The position numbers and the translations under genes are program-made. Source: a virus. Taken from it: 64,000 bases of DNA. Under the pieces are notes generated by a model. The model saw only the letters and a list, made by a program, of their open reading frames with translations. It was not told where the DNA came from and did no database searches. The stretch covers positions 34,635 through 98,634 of IMG/VR virus record IMGVR_UViG_3300010413_000010; one strand, written 5' to 3'. Of this stretch, positions 39,652-49,777 are shown in pieces (position 1 is the first letter of the stretch; the number at the start of each line of letters is the position of its first letter).

Positions 39652-40668
39652 CTACCCCCGGTCAACCCAGAGGTACATCGTTTTTTGATCTTGTTCAGCA
39701 GAAATAAAGGATTCTTCGAGGCTGTACTGAATTACTGGAGACACCCCAATAAGGTCTGAGAAAAACGCAGGGTTTACCCGGAATGAAAATGGTTTAGCAA
39801 CAGATTCAGAGAGGGTAAGCCTTTCAGAAAGAGTTGCTCTGATTCCATTGAGCGTCAGTGTGATGACGGCGCCGTCGACTGCAACGTCGACGAAGAGATC
39901 GCGCCGTTTGAACTCAAGATCAAACTTCCGTATCTGTGTGAGTAGACTTTGTGCCTCTTTTACGTCTTCGATGATGAACCGGTACGGAAGGATTGCTTCC
40001 GGGACATACCGAACCACACTACTGGCTTTACCGATGTTCTTCAGGCAGGACAATACTCCGGGGCCGACTTTAAAGGAGACGACATTCCGACTTACCGCTG
40101 CCCCCCGAGGCTCTGCTCTCAGGGATGTAAAAATCTTATCAGTTCCGATAGGAATGCTAGTGTCATCACAGTGTGTCATGTGCATTGCGATCCGATATCC
40201 ATCTGTCGAGTACATAAAACGATCTTTTATGTACACGTTCGAATACTCGATATTGTCTTTGTGGATACACTGAGAACAGAACTTCTGCGCAGCCCCTAAG
40301 TCAGCCACAGGAAGAAAGTCTCCCTGTTCGAGATAGAAAGACCGCATTTGCTCCTCGATGTCAAACGGGAGATCAAACGAACTTTCTGCATTATCGGCAG
40401 CAATCCGGGTGGACGTATCTGTCACAGTGACAGTTAAGCTGTCTTTTTTCACTCGGCCGAGAAACGCAGCCATCTGCGGTGCAGGAAACGCTCCTCTTAT
40501 GCCTTTAAAAGGCTGTGAGTAAAAGAAGTAGCCGTTGAAAACATAGGCCACATCCCCGTCCATGTAGACCCATTCCGGGTACGGGACGGTCCCCCGCTGG
40601 CTCCAGATTGGCTTTGTCGAGGACAGGAGCAGATCAATATCTAATTTGTCAATTGTTACGTGCCCCAT
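39652..40668 (-). CDS. Sliding clamp (beta-clamp-like)
   Basis: 338 aa, STDGYRIA motif, between helicase and polymerase. Confidence 0.65.
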   Translation of the reverse strand: MGHVTIDKLDIDLLLSSTKPIWSQRGTVPYPEWVYMDGDVAYVFNGYFFYSQPFKGIRGAFPAPQMAAFLGRVKKDSLTVTVTDTSTRIAADNAESSFDLPFDIEEQMRSFYLEQGDFLPVADLGAAQKFCSQCIHKDNIEYSNVYIKDRFMYSTDGYRIAMHMTHCDDTSIPIGTDKIFTSLRAEPRGAAVSRNVVSFKVGPGVLSCLKNIGKASSVVRYVPEAILPYRFIIEDVKEAQSLLTQIRKFDLEFKRRDLFVDVAVDGAVITLTLNGIRATLSERLTLSESVAKPFSFRVNPAFFSDLIGVSPVIQYSLEESFISAEQDQKTMYLWVDRG

Positions 40669-42152
40669 CCTTTTTTCTTCCCTTCCGGCTTTATTTCCTG
40701 CCGATTCTGATAACGGTCAATCTCTTCCTGCATATCAGCGATGATGTCATAATAGTTCGGTATGTCTTTCTGCCAACGGGCGTCCAGTATTGGACGAGCC
40801 AGGGCAAGCGATTGGAGACAAACTACTTTTGAGGATTGGAAAAACCCGTCATGTCGACCAACGACTGAAAGTCTCATCAACCCCGCTTTCTTTTCTGCTT
40901 CCGTCTGTAGGATCGAAACCCAGTGTGAAACATAGTCAAACTTCCGGGAGGACCCAGACGCCGATTCAGGACCGACTTCAAACTTGGCACCCTCCTTCCC
41001 GTACTGGGAACCGAAAATAACCAGAGTATTTCTGTCCTGTGCAATTTTTGCCTTTACATCGCGCCAGATTGCGTTCATAGCTTCCCACTGTTCACCGCGA
41101 AACCCAGACTCCGGGGATAGCAAAGCATCATAGTCAATGACTACAACATCGATCTTGATCCCCTCATATTTCTCAATCCGGTCAAGTGCGTCACAGATAT
41201 CTGAAACTTTCCGGCCACAGAGGGTGTGGTCGAAGAGCCGAAGCTCCCCTACCCCACCGTACTTTCCGAAACTTTCCTGAAACTCCCTCGCCTCTTCCAT
41301 CCCGAGACCAGGCGAACTATAGGTCTCGTAGACTATGTTTCCATTCTCATCGAACACCGGTATCTGTAGGTTACTGACCGGTTTCCGAGACTCTCCCAGA
41401 TAATTCTGGAAGGTCCGCATTCCCATGACAGGGCTGTCCATCTCAAAAGAGAATTCAGCTACGTTCAGTCCTTCAAAAAGACTGTACCGTCCGATCTGGC
41501 TCATCAAGAATGATTTGCCTCGTTTGGCCGGTCCCGCCACGGCAAGGATGTCTCCTCGGTATACATCCCGGAAGAGTTCCTGTAATGCAGGGTATGGGAA
41601 CTTAAAGAGCGTCTTTTTCATGCTCTTGAAGATACTGGTGATGAATGTCGAATCTCGAAAGGGATCGATGCCAGTAGAGATAAGAGGCTGTACCCGGTTG
41701 TGATCCAGCAGCACCTTATTGGCAGCATCGATGTCACCGGTTGCCAGATGACCCTTTATAGATTCTGAAAGTTTTTCTAACGAGCGGTGTTCCAGGTATT
41801 TCCTGGTTTTACTCACGTAGTACTGGTCTGAGAAATTCTCAGGATTTTCGATGTAACGGTCATTGAGATGCTCCAGCATCTGACCAACAGCTTGGACAAC
41901 TTCATCGGTCCCAAGTTGCTTCACTTTTGAACTGTAAATGTCATAGATAAGTCGACCCGGTGCTTCTTTGTAATGTTCAAAGTGTTCCAGGCACCAGCGA
42001 AGGACTGTCCTAATAGTCGACTCTTTGATGAGAGAAGTATCACTGAGGAGCGGGGCGGTTTGCTCCAGAAACGGTGTAGATGTTATCGCTCCAGTCAGTA
42101 AATCCTTCTCAGGCGAATTGTCCACCGTTTCCATGGAGAACCGCATCGCCAT
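40656..42152 (-). CDS. DnaB-like replicative helicase
   Basis: GPAKRGKS, FSFEM, VVIDY, SQ motifs. Confidence 0.85.
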   Translation of the reverse strand: MAMRFSMETVDNSPEKDLLTGAITSTPFLEQTAPLLSDTSLIKESTIRTVLRWCLEHFEHYKEAPGRLIYDIYSSKVKQLGTDEVVQAVGQMLEHLNDRYIENPENFSDQYYVSKTRKYLEHRSLEKLSESIKGHLATGDIDAANKVLLDHNRVQPLISTGIDPFRDSTFITSIFKSMKKTLFKFPYPALQELFRDVYRGDILAVAGPAKRGKSFLMSQIGRYSLFEGLNVAEFSFEMDSPVMGMRTFQNYLGESRKPVSNLQIPVFDENGNIVYETYSSPGLGMEEAREFQESFGKYGGVGELRLFDHTLCGRKVSDICDALDRIEKYEGIKIDVVVIDYDALLSPESGFRGEQWEAMNAIWRDVKAKIAQDRNTLVIFGSQYGKEGAKFEVGPESASGSSRKFDYVSHWVSILQTEAEKKAGLMRLSVVGRHDGFFQSSKVVCLQSLALARPILDARWQKDIPNYYDIIADMQEEIDRYQNRQEIKPEGKKKGWGT

Positions 42153-42385
42153 TAGCCACTCCGGTTTTTATTCCCTCCTGGTGTAAACCAAGGAAAGATA
42201 AAAATCTTGAATCCTAAAACCAGCCAGTATGTCTGCCAGAACCCAAGATGAACGTAAATGTTCAGTAATGCGAATGCCCAATTGAGAAACCACATTGTGA
42301 ACATATTGAAAATCAGAGCCATTACGATAATGATTCCGATCATAATCAGCGCTCCGATGAGCGCTTCTGAGGTTTGTTTGGTCAT
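42152..42385 (-). CDS. Small membrane protein
   Basis: Hydrophobic, GFWQ motif. Confidence 0.6.
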   Translation of the reverse strand: MTKQTSEALIGALIMIGIIIVMALIFNMFTMWFLNWAFALLNIYVHLGFWQTYWLVLGFKIFIFPWFTPGGNKNRSG

Positions 42386-43020
42386 AAATAATTTACTCTT
42401 TTCTTACTCTTTTCAAAGACAAGGAAATATGAGTGAAATTTCCGTGCGTGTTTTTGATTCTTCTTCTGCCAATCAGCAACCAAGCGGTTTTTCTTGGTGA
42501 GAACGAAAAGGTCCTTGGTGTAGAAACCGAGTTTTTCGGCGCCGTTCATTATGAAAACGTGCGAGAAATACTGCTTCCCCGAAGAAACTTTATCTTGACA
42601 TTTGAAGATTACAATTCCGTCGTCTTTCAAAATCCGAAAGAATTCAGCCAGGGAATTGATGTAGAAATTATGGAGCTCTTGCTCCGAACTGAAAACAGAG
42701 AACCGCTTCGCCATGAGATTGCTGCCGTCATCCTTCTGCAGAGATTTCCCTGTAGTTGCAAGGAATGGCGGATCAAAGACGATTGTGTTAACTGAGTTGT
42801 CAGGTAAAGGGAGATCATCTGCAGAGGCTTTTACGATGCTGTCATCTGCCGGGTACAAGTCAGATTTAAACTTGGGTTCCGGTATGCCTGTCCGCTTGTA
42901 GAAATTTCCCTTGGAGTATGTCGGGTCTACATCGACAGTCCCATCAATTGAGTGGAGATCGAGTATCCCTTTAAGTATTTCTGCATCATTGTCGCTGACT
43001 GATTTCACTAGCTCGGCCAT
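42382..43020 (-). CDS. DNA amino-methyltransferase
   Basis: DPTYSKG, VFDPPF, EFFRILK..G...FK. Confidence 0.8.
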   Translation of the reverse strand: MAELVKSVSDNDAEILKGILDLHSIDGTVDVDPTYSKGNFYKRTGIPEPKFKSDLYPADDSIVKASADDLPLPDNSVNTIVFDPPFLATTGKSLQKDDGSNLMAKRFSVFSSEQELHNFYINSLAEFFRILKDDGIVIFKCQDKVSSGKQYFSHVFIMNGAEKLGFYTKDLFVLTKKNRLVADWQKKNQKHARKFHSYFLVFEKSKKRVNYL

Positions 43021-43028
43021 GTGGTGTC

Positions 43029-44759
43029 CTATACGGCCGAACGCTCCTTCTTCCGAGCTTCGGCTTCTTTTCGGTATTTTTCTTTGAGGTAAACCAGAAG
43101 TTCTTCCTCTTCAGCCTCTCGGCCTTTATTGACCGCTTCGGTTACGCTCTTTTTGGTGTCCAGACGCTCGATGAGCTCGTCCTCAATGGTGCCCTCCCCT
43201 ACCAGATAGTAAGAGATGATACCCTTTTCGCCGTTGAACCCATCTCGCCAGAGCCGTGCTTCAGCTTGATCAATTTCCCCAGGAGTCCACGGAAACTCAA
43301 TAAACACCAGAGTACAAGCTCCAGATTCTTGGAGACCATCAACTCCGGTTCCCATCGAGGTGGTGTTTCCGAAGATAAACTGAATCTTATCATCTTCGAT
43401 GAATTTCTGCTTATTCTTTTCCTTCCTTGCACTTGTGATGGTCCCGTTAAAAACCACCGAATTCGGAAACTCTTCATGCAATAACCGGATTGTTTCTTGG
43501 TGCTCGGCGAAAACGACAATCTTGTCCTCGTTTTCCGCAAGGTTGCGGAGGAAAGAATAAACCTGATTCATTTTATGCTTCACTGAGGCCTGTTTCAACC
43601 GCTCAAATACCGTCAATCCGAGAGACGGGTTTTCAGCAATAAGGTCAAGAACAGCGTCTTTCTCATCCAAGTAGGCCTGAAAGTTGTCGAGATCAATAGG
43701 TACGACTGTCCGAATCGGCTCATCCGGGAGATCGGGGAGAATCGTCTTCTTGTCGAAGAAGAGCATTCCGTTGTTGTACAGTTTCCTGTTTAATTCAAGC
43801 AGATTACTGGCACCATCATACTTCGTGATCCTTCTCGATTTCCCAAGATAAATCTGCCTTGGTTCACAGTGGCGGATAAAGAAATCTTCATCGGTTTGCC
43901 AGGTGTAAGGCTTCATTACCTTCCAGTAGGAAAGAAGTTCAGAAGGACGGGAGAGGATCGGCGTACCGGTCATCCCTATCACATACCGAGCGTGGGACGC
44001 GAGAGTCTTCCAAGCGTAGTACACTTTGGTTTCGTTGTTCTTCAGCCGGTGAACCTCATCAGCAATAATTGTTCTGAAGCCAGACCGTAAGAACCGCCGG
44101 AACTGCCGGGACGGAAGACATACATCCCGAACTTGTTTCCTCCCCTTTGCATCGATGTACGGTTTTTGTACAGTCTCGATGGCCCGAGAGAGGAGTTCGT
44201 AGTTGACCACATAGATTTTCTTTTCGGTACATTGGTCGATTGACATATCCCCTTTTAGGATTTCAATCTCTGTTGTATTTCCGAAGAATTTCTTATGGTC
44301 CTTGAGAAATGTTGATTTTACTGGTGCGGGGCTCATCACCAAGGCCGGTAATGAGTCCTCTATGGTTTTGATGAGGGCAAGACTGATCAGGGTTTTACCT
44401 GATCCCATTGGTAGGCCCCAAACTCCACGGTAACCATGCCACTTTATGTATCGTAGCGCATCTAACTGGTATCGCCGTAGTGCGTAGGGTTCTACAAGCT
44501 GAAGATTCGGGAACGGCTCATCTTTCCAGCCGTCTAAGGGTGGTTCAAGAATATCTTTTGCGAGGTCTGGTGTTAGGTTAAACGCTTCTTTGTTCAACAA
44601 CAGCACATTCTCCTCGGTGTAGGGGATCGCCCACTCCTTTGTTTTCCCGTCATAAGTCCGACCCGGAATGCTTTTAATCAGGGCGATATTCTCTTGGAAG
44701 CGAAGGCCTCCAATCTTTAGTATAATACGCCCATCATTACTGAGTCGTGCTTTCTGCAC
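43029..44759 (-). CDS. SNF2-family helicase
   Basis: MGSGKT, DEVH, TGTP, QAEARLWR.G. Confidence 0.9.
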   Translation of the reverse strand: MQKARLSNDGRIILKIGGLRFQENIALIKSIPGRTYDGKTKEWAIPYTEENVLLLNKEAFNLTPDLAKDILEPPLDGWKDEPFPNLQLVEPYALRRYQLDALRYIKWHGYRGVWGLPMGSGKTLISLALIKTIEDSLPALVMSPAPVKSTFLKDHKKFFGNTTEIEILKGDMSIDQCTEKKIYVVNYELLSRAIETVQKPYIDAKGRKQVRDVCLPSRQFRRFLRSGFRTIIADEVHRLKNNETKVYYAWKTLASHARYVIGMTGTPILSRPSELLSYWKVMKPYTWQTDEDFFIRHCEPRQIYLGKSRRITKYDGASNLLELNRKLYNNGMLFFDKKTILPDLPDEPIRTVVPIDLDNFQAYLDEKDAVLDLIAENPSLGLTVFERLKQASVKHKMNQVYSFLRNLAENEDKIVVFAEHQETIRLLHEEFPNSVVFNGTITSARKEKNKQKFIEDDKIQFIFGNTTSMGTGVDGLQESGACTLVFIEFPWTPGEIDQAEARLWRDGFNGEKGIISYYLVGEGTIEDELIERLDTKKSVTEAVNKGREAEEEELLVYLKEKYRKEAEARKKERSAV

Positions 44760-44977
44760 TACTCAAGCATCATGTCAAGGAATGCGTCGGCCCCTAAGAT
44801 ATCGACGATTCCTTTTGCTACTTCCTTCGCCTCTTCACGGGAGAGAAATATAACATCCTCTCCCCTCGGCGATCTCTCAACCAGAACTATGTTTCCGTTG
44901 TCTCTAATCCCTTGAATGAGGGATAAAGTACGTTCGTCACCCATAATTCTGATCGTCTTTTCTGTTCGTAAGCTCAC
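44759..44977 (-). CDS. Hypothetical protein
   Basis: Coupled starts and stops. Confidence 0.55.
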   Translation of the reverse strand: MSLRTEKTIRIMGDERTLSLIQGIRDNGNIVLVERSPRGEDVIFLSREEAKEVAKGIVDILGADAFLDMMLE

Positions 44978-45597
44978 ACTACCTCCTGATAGAGTTCAGG
45001 TTTGTAGGCGCCGAGCTTTGCATACTTCTGCACATCGAGAACCTCCATCGTGGTTCCCTGTAGCTTATCGTGATGGTTGTCAAAGACAAACCATCCGGTT
45101 ACCAGCGCACCGACATGAAACAATCCTTCTGGATGTACAGGGCCTCGATAGTCGACCATGCGGTTGAAGACATAAACTTTTTTCAGTTTATCCCACAACC
45201 CGGTCTCATACCGCCCTACACTCCCGAAGTAGTTCAACCGGCCGATGGTAATTACCTTGTCGGCAATGGACAAGGACTTCTTCACCATCTTGTCCCATTC
45301 GGAAAATGGGAAATTCGTTACCACAGCATCCCAATGACCTCGAAGGTCATAGATGTTTGCACGGTCTCCGTAATCTGTGTACCAGTCTGAAGCGTCGATC
45401 TGCATTTCAGGATGTTTTTCCTTGATAGCTTCAACGACGGCTCCGTCCCCGGCACATGGATCAATGATATGAGAATTAGTGTCCACCTCTCCGGTTTTCA
45501 GTAATTCCCACGTCAGTGACTTCGCAGTCGGGTAGAAATCCCCCACGGGTCGTTCCTTCTGGGGAAGACGGTTAGCATACGCCTTACCGCTTTCCAT
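44974..45597 (-). CDS. Adenine DNA methyltransferase-like protein
   Basis: DFYPT, DPCAGDGA, TNFPF (variant of NPPF); start at MESGK after GGAG. Confidence 0.75.
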   Translation of the reverse strand: MESGKAYANRLPQKERPVGDFYPTAKSLTWELLKTGEVDTNSHIIDPCAGDGAVVEAIKEKHPEMQIDASDWYTDYGDRANIYDLRGHWDAVVTNFPFSEWDKMVKKSLSIADKVITIGRLNYFGSVGRYETGLWDKLKKVYVFNRMVDYRGPVHPEGLFHVGALVTGWFVFDNHHDKLQGTTMEVLDVQKYAKLGAYKPELYQEVV

Positions 45598-45676
45598 TTG
45601 AACTCCGTATCTAAAAATGTCTTGGAATAGTTGATACAGCCCCCGGCCCGAAGGCCGGTTTGTGCATCTGATACGG

Positions 45677-45705
45677 ATTCTACCACGTTTACGAATAGAT
45701 GTCAA
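45677..45705 (-). promoter_or_regulatory. Sigma70-type promoter of the replication operon
   Basis: TTGACA-17-TAGAAT. Confidence 0.75.
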
Positions 45706-45727
45706 GAGATTTTGGAGAAAATGGAGA

Positions 45728-45940
45728 TTATTTTTTTGTGAACACCTGAGCGATACAAAATTCCTCGTCATGCTGCTGAAACATTGTCAAATCCAGACAG
45801 TCGACATGAACTTGGATAGCCTCCATGATTCCGTCCTGTTCTGTACCAGCAATTTTCACCAGCACAACAGGCTCGTCTTTACTTTCCCCGCAAATAGGAC
45901 ATCTAAAATTGGTCATGTTTGGATGATCGAAAATCTTCAT
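45728..45940 (-). CDS. Small zinc-binding protein
   Basis: CPIC...H.DC. Confidence 0.6.
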   Translation of the reverse strand: MKIFDHPNMTNFRCPICGESKDEPVVLVKIAGTEQDGIMEAIQVHVDCLDLTMFQQHDEEFCIAQVFTKK

Positions 45941-46191
45941 TTCACCTCCTTGGGTCTGCAGACCGGACAGGGTATCTCAAACCCGCCATGTTCAGGGTCA
46001 TTATCTCTAAGGACCCTCTCATTGTTACAGCAGTTACAGTTCCCCTCTTCGTCCACGAAATACTCCGGTTCAGGGCAGTCCATGTTGGCGGGGGGTTCCG
46101 GGTAATCAACACCACTGTCGTACCCCGGTTCGTTACCGGGAATCATTGACTCTGTTACTCCGGGGGGCAGATTACTATTCGCTCTTTTCAT
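45937..46191 (-). CDS. Small acidic Cys-rich protein
   Basis: NLPPGVT...IPGN motif; GGAGG RBS. Confidence 0.6.
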   Translation of the reverse strand: MKRANSNLPPGVTESMIPGNEPGYDSGVDYPEPPANMDCPEPEYFVDEEGNCNCCNNERVLRDNDPEHGGFEIPCPVCRPKEVK

Positions 46192-46253
46192 CGTCTCCTC
46201 CTTTACGTTCCCAGCGTATATTTGCGCTTGTTTTTATACTTTGGTATCGTATA

Positions 46254-47162
46254 CTACTCAGACTTTATCAGACCAATGCTCTTGAGATACTTCTCAGTAG
46301 CAGTGATTGACTTGTGATTCAGTAACCGACACACTTTGTACAAATCTGTAGTGCGTTTATAAATTTGTACAGCAAAGTAGTGCCGGAAGCTATGGGCATG
46401 GTATCGGTACTCAATCTTGCCAGCCTCTTCCAGAGCGCCCATATACCGAGCAAGGTCGTTTTGAATGGTCTTCTTTTTCAGGTTAGCAAAGGGCTGTTCC
46501 TGAGATAAGTCGTATCCACGGGCTTCAATCGGAGCCCGGCACTTATCGGGGAAGTGACCAGTAACAGTCCGTCCACCCTTCACTATCGTTGTGTAGACAT
46601 CGCCGTTCAGTTTTATCTTCTGTATCTCCGCGACCCGGAGACCGGTATTTATCATTACCAGAGTTGCCACATAGGTGTGATCAGTTTTTATCCCGGCGAG
46701 AATGGTCTCGATTTCGTCTTCCCGAGGAGCGGTTTGTTCACGAACCGTCTCCATCTTGGGGACTTTTTTAGTACCTGAGAAAGGATTAAACCGGAGGTAG
46801 TCGTATCTGATAATCAGGTTGTATAAACCGCTGATAGCTGCCACGTGTAGCCGGACCGTTGAGGGAGACCTTTCTTTGCTCAGAGCAACAAGGTAATTAT
46901 CAGCATCTCTGGCCTTTACATCCAGAACATGATCAAAGGAGTTGAGGAACCGCTTCAGGCCGTAGCTGTAAGTCTCCCAAGTCTGAGGCTTCAGGCTTTC
47001 TTGATACTCTTTTAATACCTCATTGAGATTGAATTGAGCTTTCTTCCTGGCATGTTGCTCCTTTTCAGTAGCTTCCTGCAGATCGGCGTTAACCACTGCT
47101 GCCTTAGCAATTTTCTCATGGTAGTCAGTCAGGTCTTTGGAATTATCAAGAAGTTCAGTCAT
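46254..47162 (-). CDS. Tyrosine recombinase (XerC/D-like)
   Basis: TGLRVAE, VKGG, HSFRH, LLNH...T..Y. Confidence 0.92.
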   Translation of the reverse strand: MTELLDNSKDLTDYHEKIAKAAVVNADLQEATEKEQHARKKAQFNLNEVLKEYQESLKPQTWETYSYGLKRFLNSFDHVLDVKARDADNYLVALSKERSPSTVRLHVAAISGLYNLIIRYDYLRFNPFSGTKKVPKMETVREQTAPREDEIETILAGIKTDHTYVATLVMINTGLRVAEIQKIKLNGDVYTTIVKGGRTVTGHFPDKCRAPIEARGYDLSQEQPFANLKKKTIQNDLARYMGALEEAGKIEYRYHAHSFRHYFAVQIYKRTTDLYKVCRLLNHKSITATEKYLKSIGLIKSE

Positions 47163-47185
47163 GGCTCCCTCCTTATTACAATATA

Positions 47186-47214
47186 ATTATATTATAATTA
47201 TATTCTGAAGTCAA
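47186..47214 (-). promoter_or_regulatory. Recombinase promoter overlapped by an 11-3-11 palindrome
   Basis: TTGACT-17-TATAAT; aatataattat-att-ataattatatt at 47180-47204. Confidence 0.75.
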
Positions 47215-47240
47215 TAGACAAAACATGTATTTAGTCTATT
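47213..47240. other. Candidate dif-like recombination core site (11-6-11)
   Basis: aatagacaaaa-catgta-tttagtctatt; arms match at 10 of 11 positions; next to the recombinase. Confidence 0.55.
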
Positions 47241-47246
47241 TCATAA

Positions 47247-47385
47247 CTACCATTTGTCGTAGGAAACTCTACCTTTTGTTGTAGTTTTATCCAGAAATTT
47301 AACGCTTTTTGCCCGAAATTGGGGGTATTTTACCGATAAAGTGGTCGTTTTGAGAGGATATTTCAGATGCTACCATTTGTTGTAA
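47247..47385 (+). repeat. Three 16-bp direct repeats (ctaccWtttgtYgtaR)
   Basis: Copies at 47247, 47269 and 47370. Confidence 0.75.
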
Positions 47386-47397
47386 CTCTGAACTGAT

Positions 47398-48681
47398 CTA
47401 ACTGGGCAGGTCCGGCTGAACAACTTCCCGCTCGTGGGCTTTGGTTTTTGTCTCCATGTATTCTTCTTTGATGAGATAAAAAACGTAATTGTTGAATAGC
47501 TCGTTTTTCTCTTTTCCACTTCCTTTCGATTTCACATTTTTTACAAAAGCTGTAGCTTCTTCTTCAAGTTGTTTGTATAGAGCTTTGTCTTCTTCTTCTA
47601 ACTCCGCTGCTCGGCTTTTAATGGCATCCAGCTCAATTTCCGGGAGTTTTTCAATTTCTGAATTGATGAACTCTTCGGAATTGTAAATCACGATAAAAGT
47701 TTCAAAAAAGTCATTATCATCAAAAGCGTAATCCATGATAATCCGATGCTCTTTTAGTTCATCCAGCGCTTTACGGAATTGGTCTTTTTGACGGGACCGT
47801 TCTTTGTAGATAGGTGCTTGGAGGTACTGGGCAATTACACTGTAGGGCACTCGGAGGTGTGCATGATTGTGTTTATGGGTCCCATACAGCCGTATTTTAA
47901 AGAATTCGTACAGTCGTGCAGCACTTTTAATTTTGAACTCATAATACCGGAGAATTGATAAATAACTATGTGGTTTTTTCAGTAAATTGTGGAAATGGAA
48001 AAGATTAAACATGATATCTATCTCCCCCCCCTTGAAGGCATCATCGACAAGACCTCGATATGAGAGCAATGGGATTGGGCTCTGTACAATATGCTTATTT
48101 CCAAATTTATAAGTTGATCGAAGAGAGATAGTCGTCGCTGCCATAGCTTCCAGGGAATCGCGTACTTTGCGATGATCCATAGAGAAAGTTCGTTTTGCAA
48201 AATAACAGAATTCTTTTACATTCACTGGGCATCGGGTCAAGGTTCTTGCTTTGTCATAAGCGTCCATAATGTGTTTTTGTCGAATTCCTTCAGGGAGATC
48301 ATCAACAGTGAGGAGTTCCCGTTCCCGGCTACTTCTTGCTTTATCCCGTAACCCTTTCAATGCACGATTATCAGAATCAGCAATGGAGTTCTCAATGAAA
48401 CTTCGGAGTTCAACCCGATATGATCTCGTGGACAAGTACCAGTAATACTCCAAAGCTACAAGAACATCCCGGTCTTTACAGGTTAAGGCTCGTCTATTGT
48501 AAATCAGATTTAGCTTGTATTCGATCCCATTAAACACATACCCGTAAGAGTACTCTTTGCCGGTCTCGATATTTTGAGGACGATTTGAAGCTGTAAAGAA
48601 TGGTAAGGTCATAAGATTTTTGTCTGTGGGGAAATTCTCATATAGAACCTTCGTCGGAAGACTGCTTCCTTTCTTACTCAT
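47398..48681 (-). CDS. Plasmid-type replication initiator Rep
   Basis: N.M.LPFF N-terminus, winged-helix-like A.RLYE and AL.EL motifs; adjacent iterons. Confidence 0.7.
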   Translation of the reverse strand: MSKKGSSLPTKVLYENFPTDKNLMTLPFFTASNRPQNIETGKEYSYGYVFNGIEYKLNLIYNRRALTCKDRDVLVALEYYWYLSTRSYRVELRSFIENSIADSDNRALKGLRDKARSSRERELLTVDDLPEGIRQKHIMDAYDKARTLTRCPVNVKEFCYFAKRTFSMDHRKVRDSLEAMAATTISLRSTYKFGNKHIVQSPIPLLSYRGLVDDAFKGGEIDIMFNLFHFHNLLKKPHSYLSILRYYEFKIKSAARLYEFFKIRLYGTHKHNHAHLRVPYSVIAQYLQAPIYKERSRQKDQFRKALDELKEHRIIMDYAFDDNDFFETFIVIYNSEEFINSEIEKLPEIELDAIKSRAAELEEEDKALYKQLEEEATAFVKNVKSKGSGKEKNELFNNYVFYLIKEEYMETKTKAHEREVVQPDLPS

Positions 48682-48693
48682 TATACCCTCCCT

Positions 48694-49268
48694 CTACATC
48701 AGAGTTCCACTTTTTGCAGAATTCTGTCTTGGTTTGTAGGAAAATAAGGGTCAAATTTGGTGCTATTCTGGTAATCATGCCCATTTTCACCTTTATTTTT
48801 ACACATTTCTCTTTATGTTAAAGAAGTACCGTAAAAAAGTGGAACTCTGATGTAGGTTTCTACTTATTAAAATAGGTTTTCTCCCACTCTACGGCCAGTT
48901 ATCCACAAAATGTGGATAAACGCTCATGTAATTCCACACCTATGCAGAACTCTGCTGTGATTATATGGGAGCCTGATGTAGCCGTCAAGACACAAAATGT
49001 AAAAAAGTGGAAGTCTGCTGTAGACATATGGAACTCTGATGCACAAATCGGGATTTCTGAAGTACAGATTGTAGAACTCTGATGTTTAAATATGGAACTC
49101 TGATGTAAAATAAAGCTGTAAGTTCTTACCCGATAGCAACTTATGTCTCCTAGAAGAGGTTTTTTCCACGATAGCCCCTAAGTTCTCTAGAATTCCTAAG
49201 ACTTTTACACTATTTAGTTAATCTATATTTACTGTTCTGGCCAAACATCCGACAACACTTGTGGATAA
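48694..49268. repeat. Iteron-type replication origin with DnaA boxes
   Basis: ggaactctgatgta-like cores at 48947, 48968, 49010, 49031, 49052, 49074 and 49095 (21-22 bp phase); inverted pair at 48694-48715 and 48834-48855; TTATCCACA boxes at 48899, 48911 (rc) and 49260 (rc). Confidence 0.88.
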
Positions 49269-49354
49269 CTCCATGTATCCATAGCAGAATCCCATGATGT
49301 GAGTGCAGTATACCATGTTTTCTCCTTATTCTTAGACTAAAGAAAAAAGGGACT

Positions 49355-49777
49355 CTATTGAGTCCCTTCAGGTTCGTTCTCCCACGGTCTAATATCAGGG
49401 AGAAAGTTATTCCCTATGTCGTTTTCATCCATGATGTCATAAAGTTTCTTTTTCAGGAAGGCGGCGAAAGTACTATAGCCTTGAGTACGGGCGTAAACTT
49501 TCAGCATAGCTGTGTGGTTAACCGGAAAATCGAAATTTATCAGATTACGTTTTTCTACAACTTTTCCTGATTTCACCACTTTCTGAGCTTTGCCCGGCTC
49601 ACGGGGAATACAGTTCTTGGTATACGCCGTTCCAAAAGGTTCCCCCTTCACTTTATCTTCAGCCATGGTCGTTGGCGACGCAGATTGCTTTTGCGCCACA
49701 ATCTTCTCGTTCACACCATCCATCGTCTGTTTGAGCTTTTTCTCTTCCTCTTCATTCTGGTAGTCGTCTAACTTCAT
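49355..49777 (-). CDS. Putative centromere-binding partner of ParA (type Ib-like)
   Basis: Coupled to parA; disordered N-terminus and ribbon-helix-helix-like C-terminus. Confidence 0.55.
   Translation of the reverse strand: MKLDDYQNEEEEKKLKQTMDGVNEKIVAQKQSASPTTMAEDKVKGEPFGTAYTKNCIPREPGKAQKVVKSGKVVEKRNLINFDFPVNHTAMLKVYARTQGYSTFAAFLKKKLYDIMDENDIGNNFLPDIRPWENEPEGTQ

Noticed and set aside
47247-47385. Cas12a-like CTAC...GTAG repeats
   Set aside because: 8-nt loop, no AATTT 5' handle, irregular 22/101-bp spacing.
48940-49110. CRISPR or guide-RNA array
   Set aside because: 21-bp period leaves no real spacers; it sits next to Rep and DnaA boxes; no cas genes. These are iterons.
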